Below are positions 63,058-64,000 of a stretch of DNA of 64,000 bases, piece by piece. A model generated the notes under the pieces. That model did no database searches. It saw only the letters and a list, made by a program, of their open reading frames with translations, and was not told the origin of the DNA. The first letter of the stretch is position 1; every line of letters starts with the position of its first letter. The stretch is taken from IMG/VR virus record IMGVR_UViG_3300032214_001462, positions 1 to 64,000 of that record. One strand, 5' to 3'. Source of the DNA: a virus. The position numbers were made by a program, and so were the translations under genes.

Positions 63058-64000
63058 ATGGCAATCAAACTTAAGGATGCTGCTAAGTTTTTTGTAGAAG
63101 AAACACATCAAATCGCAGCATGGGATTGGCTCCAGTCTCGGGTTTCCACCGAAGACCTGGAGCTTTTTGCTGACAAATATCGCAATAAAGAAAAACCAAA
63201 CGCAGAATTAGCTAATACATGGGAAGGAGTTGTTGCAGCTGCTAAACAAGCAGGTAGCAAATGGCCCGAATGTGTTGCTGCCCAATGGGCACTTGAATCA
63301 GGGTGGGGTAAACACACCTCAGGTAAAAATAACTACTTTGGTTTGAAAGGATCAGGATCAGAAGTCAGTACACAAGAATTTATTAATGGCAAGTGGGTAA
63401 CAATCAAAGCTGGCTTCCTTGATTTTCCCGACTTACAAACCTGTGTTTGCTACTTAGTTGATCGCTGGTATAAAGATTTTGGTCGATTTAAAGGTGTCAA
63501 TCGCGCAACCAGTAGGAATGAATGCGCTCAGTTATTGGTCAAGGAAGGCTACGCCACTGATCCAGCTTATAGTACAAAATTAATACAGATCCTTGACAAT
63601 AAACTAGGCACACCTGGTGCCAACAGCAATGATGTAATCAATGAAAAAATACTTTCAGTTCCATATGAATATCAATTAGACAATAAATCTGGCAAGGGAT
63701 ACAGAGAGTGTTTTTCATCTACTTGCGCAATGATTGCTAAATATTATGGAAAAGTTAAATCAGACGATGAATACAATCAAATTCGCTCCAAGTATGGAGA
63801 CACAACTTCAAAAGATGCACAGCTAGCTGCACTGAGATCCTTGGGACTGAATGCAAAATTTATTACGAATGGCAATCCCGCGTTACTTGAAAATGAAATT
63901 AGGAACGGTAGACCAGTTGCAGTTGGTTGGTTACATCAAGGAGTAGTATCAAAACCAATTGGCGGTGGTCACTGGACTTGCTGCATTGGCTTTACGCCAA
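63058..64000 (+). CDS. Endolysin: GH73 glucosaminidase plus C39-like peptidase (partial)
   Basis: Manual translation: AAQWALESGWG, NNYFGLKG, YATDP; VPYEYQLDN...ECFSSTCAM...GGGHW. Confidence 0.85.
   Translation, partial: MAIKLKDAAKFFVEETHQIAAWDWLQSRVSTEDLELFADKYRNKEKPNAELANTWEGVVAAAKQAGSKWPECVAAQWALESGWGKHTSGKNNYFGLKGSGSEVSTQEFINGKWVTIKAGFLDFPDLQTCVCYLVDRWYKDFGRFKGVNRATSRNECAQLLVKEGYATDPAYSTKLIQILDNKLGTPGANSNDVINEKILSVPYEYQLDNKSGKGYRECFSSTCAMIAKYYGKVKSDDEYNQIRSKYGDTTSKDAQLAALRSLGLNAKFITNGNPALLENEIRNGRPVAVGWLHQGVVSKPIGGGHWTCCIGFTP

Overview
This window is part of a tailed cyanophage genome, most likely a freshwater Synechococcus/Cyanobium phage (S-EIV1-like gene order is my inference, not a database result). 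The left arm (about 1-21.5 kb) is transcribed leftward. It carries small early genes and a replication and nucleotide module: T7-like PolA, a double-OB SSB, DUF5895-like, Gp157-like, ThyX, GP88-like, PcfJ-like and tRNA-Leu(UAA). After a divergent non-coding region, the right arm is transcribed rightward. It encodes candidate internal virion proteins, terminase, portal, scaffold, major capsid protein, cell-wall hydrolases, tail fibres and an endolysin, with a short leftward block (dcd, an MTase-like gene, HTH genes). The main unexplained signal is in the intergenic spacers of the leftward arm. They hold 15 copies of four covarying structured-RNA families: A, an H-type pseudoknot; B, a UAAGU-bulged stem; C, a switchable stem with an internal loop; D, a tRNA-like three-way junction. 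The families are ordered along the transcript and usually followed by a CUCAA-repeat leader, suggesting an undescribed RNA-based expression-control system. The second highlight is a group I intron after codon 4 of the major capsid gene, carrying an antisense HNH endonuclease in its L1 loop. Also seen are two NblA-like genes, a catalytically dead integrase-like gene with an Xis-like partner, a degenerate MTase, a displaced DUF3310 3' end and triplicated small genes. All family assignments come from motif recognition by eye.
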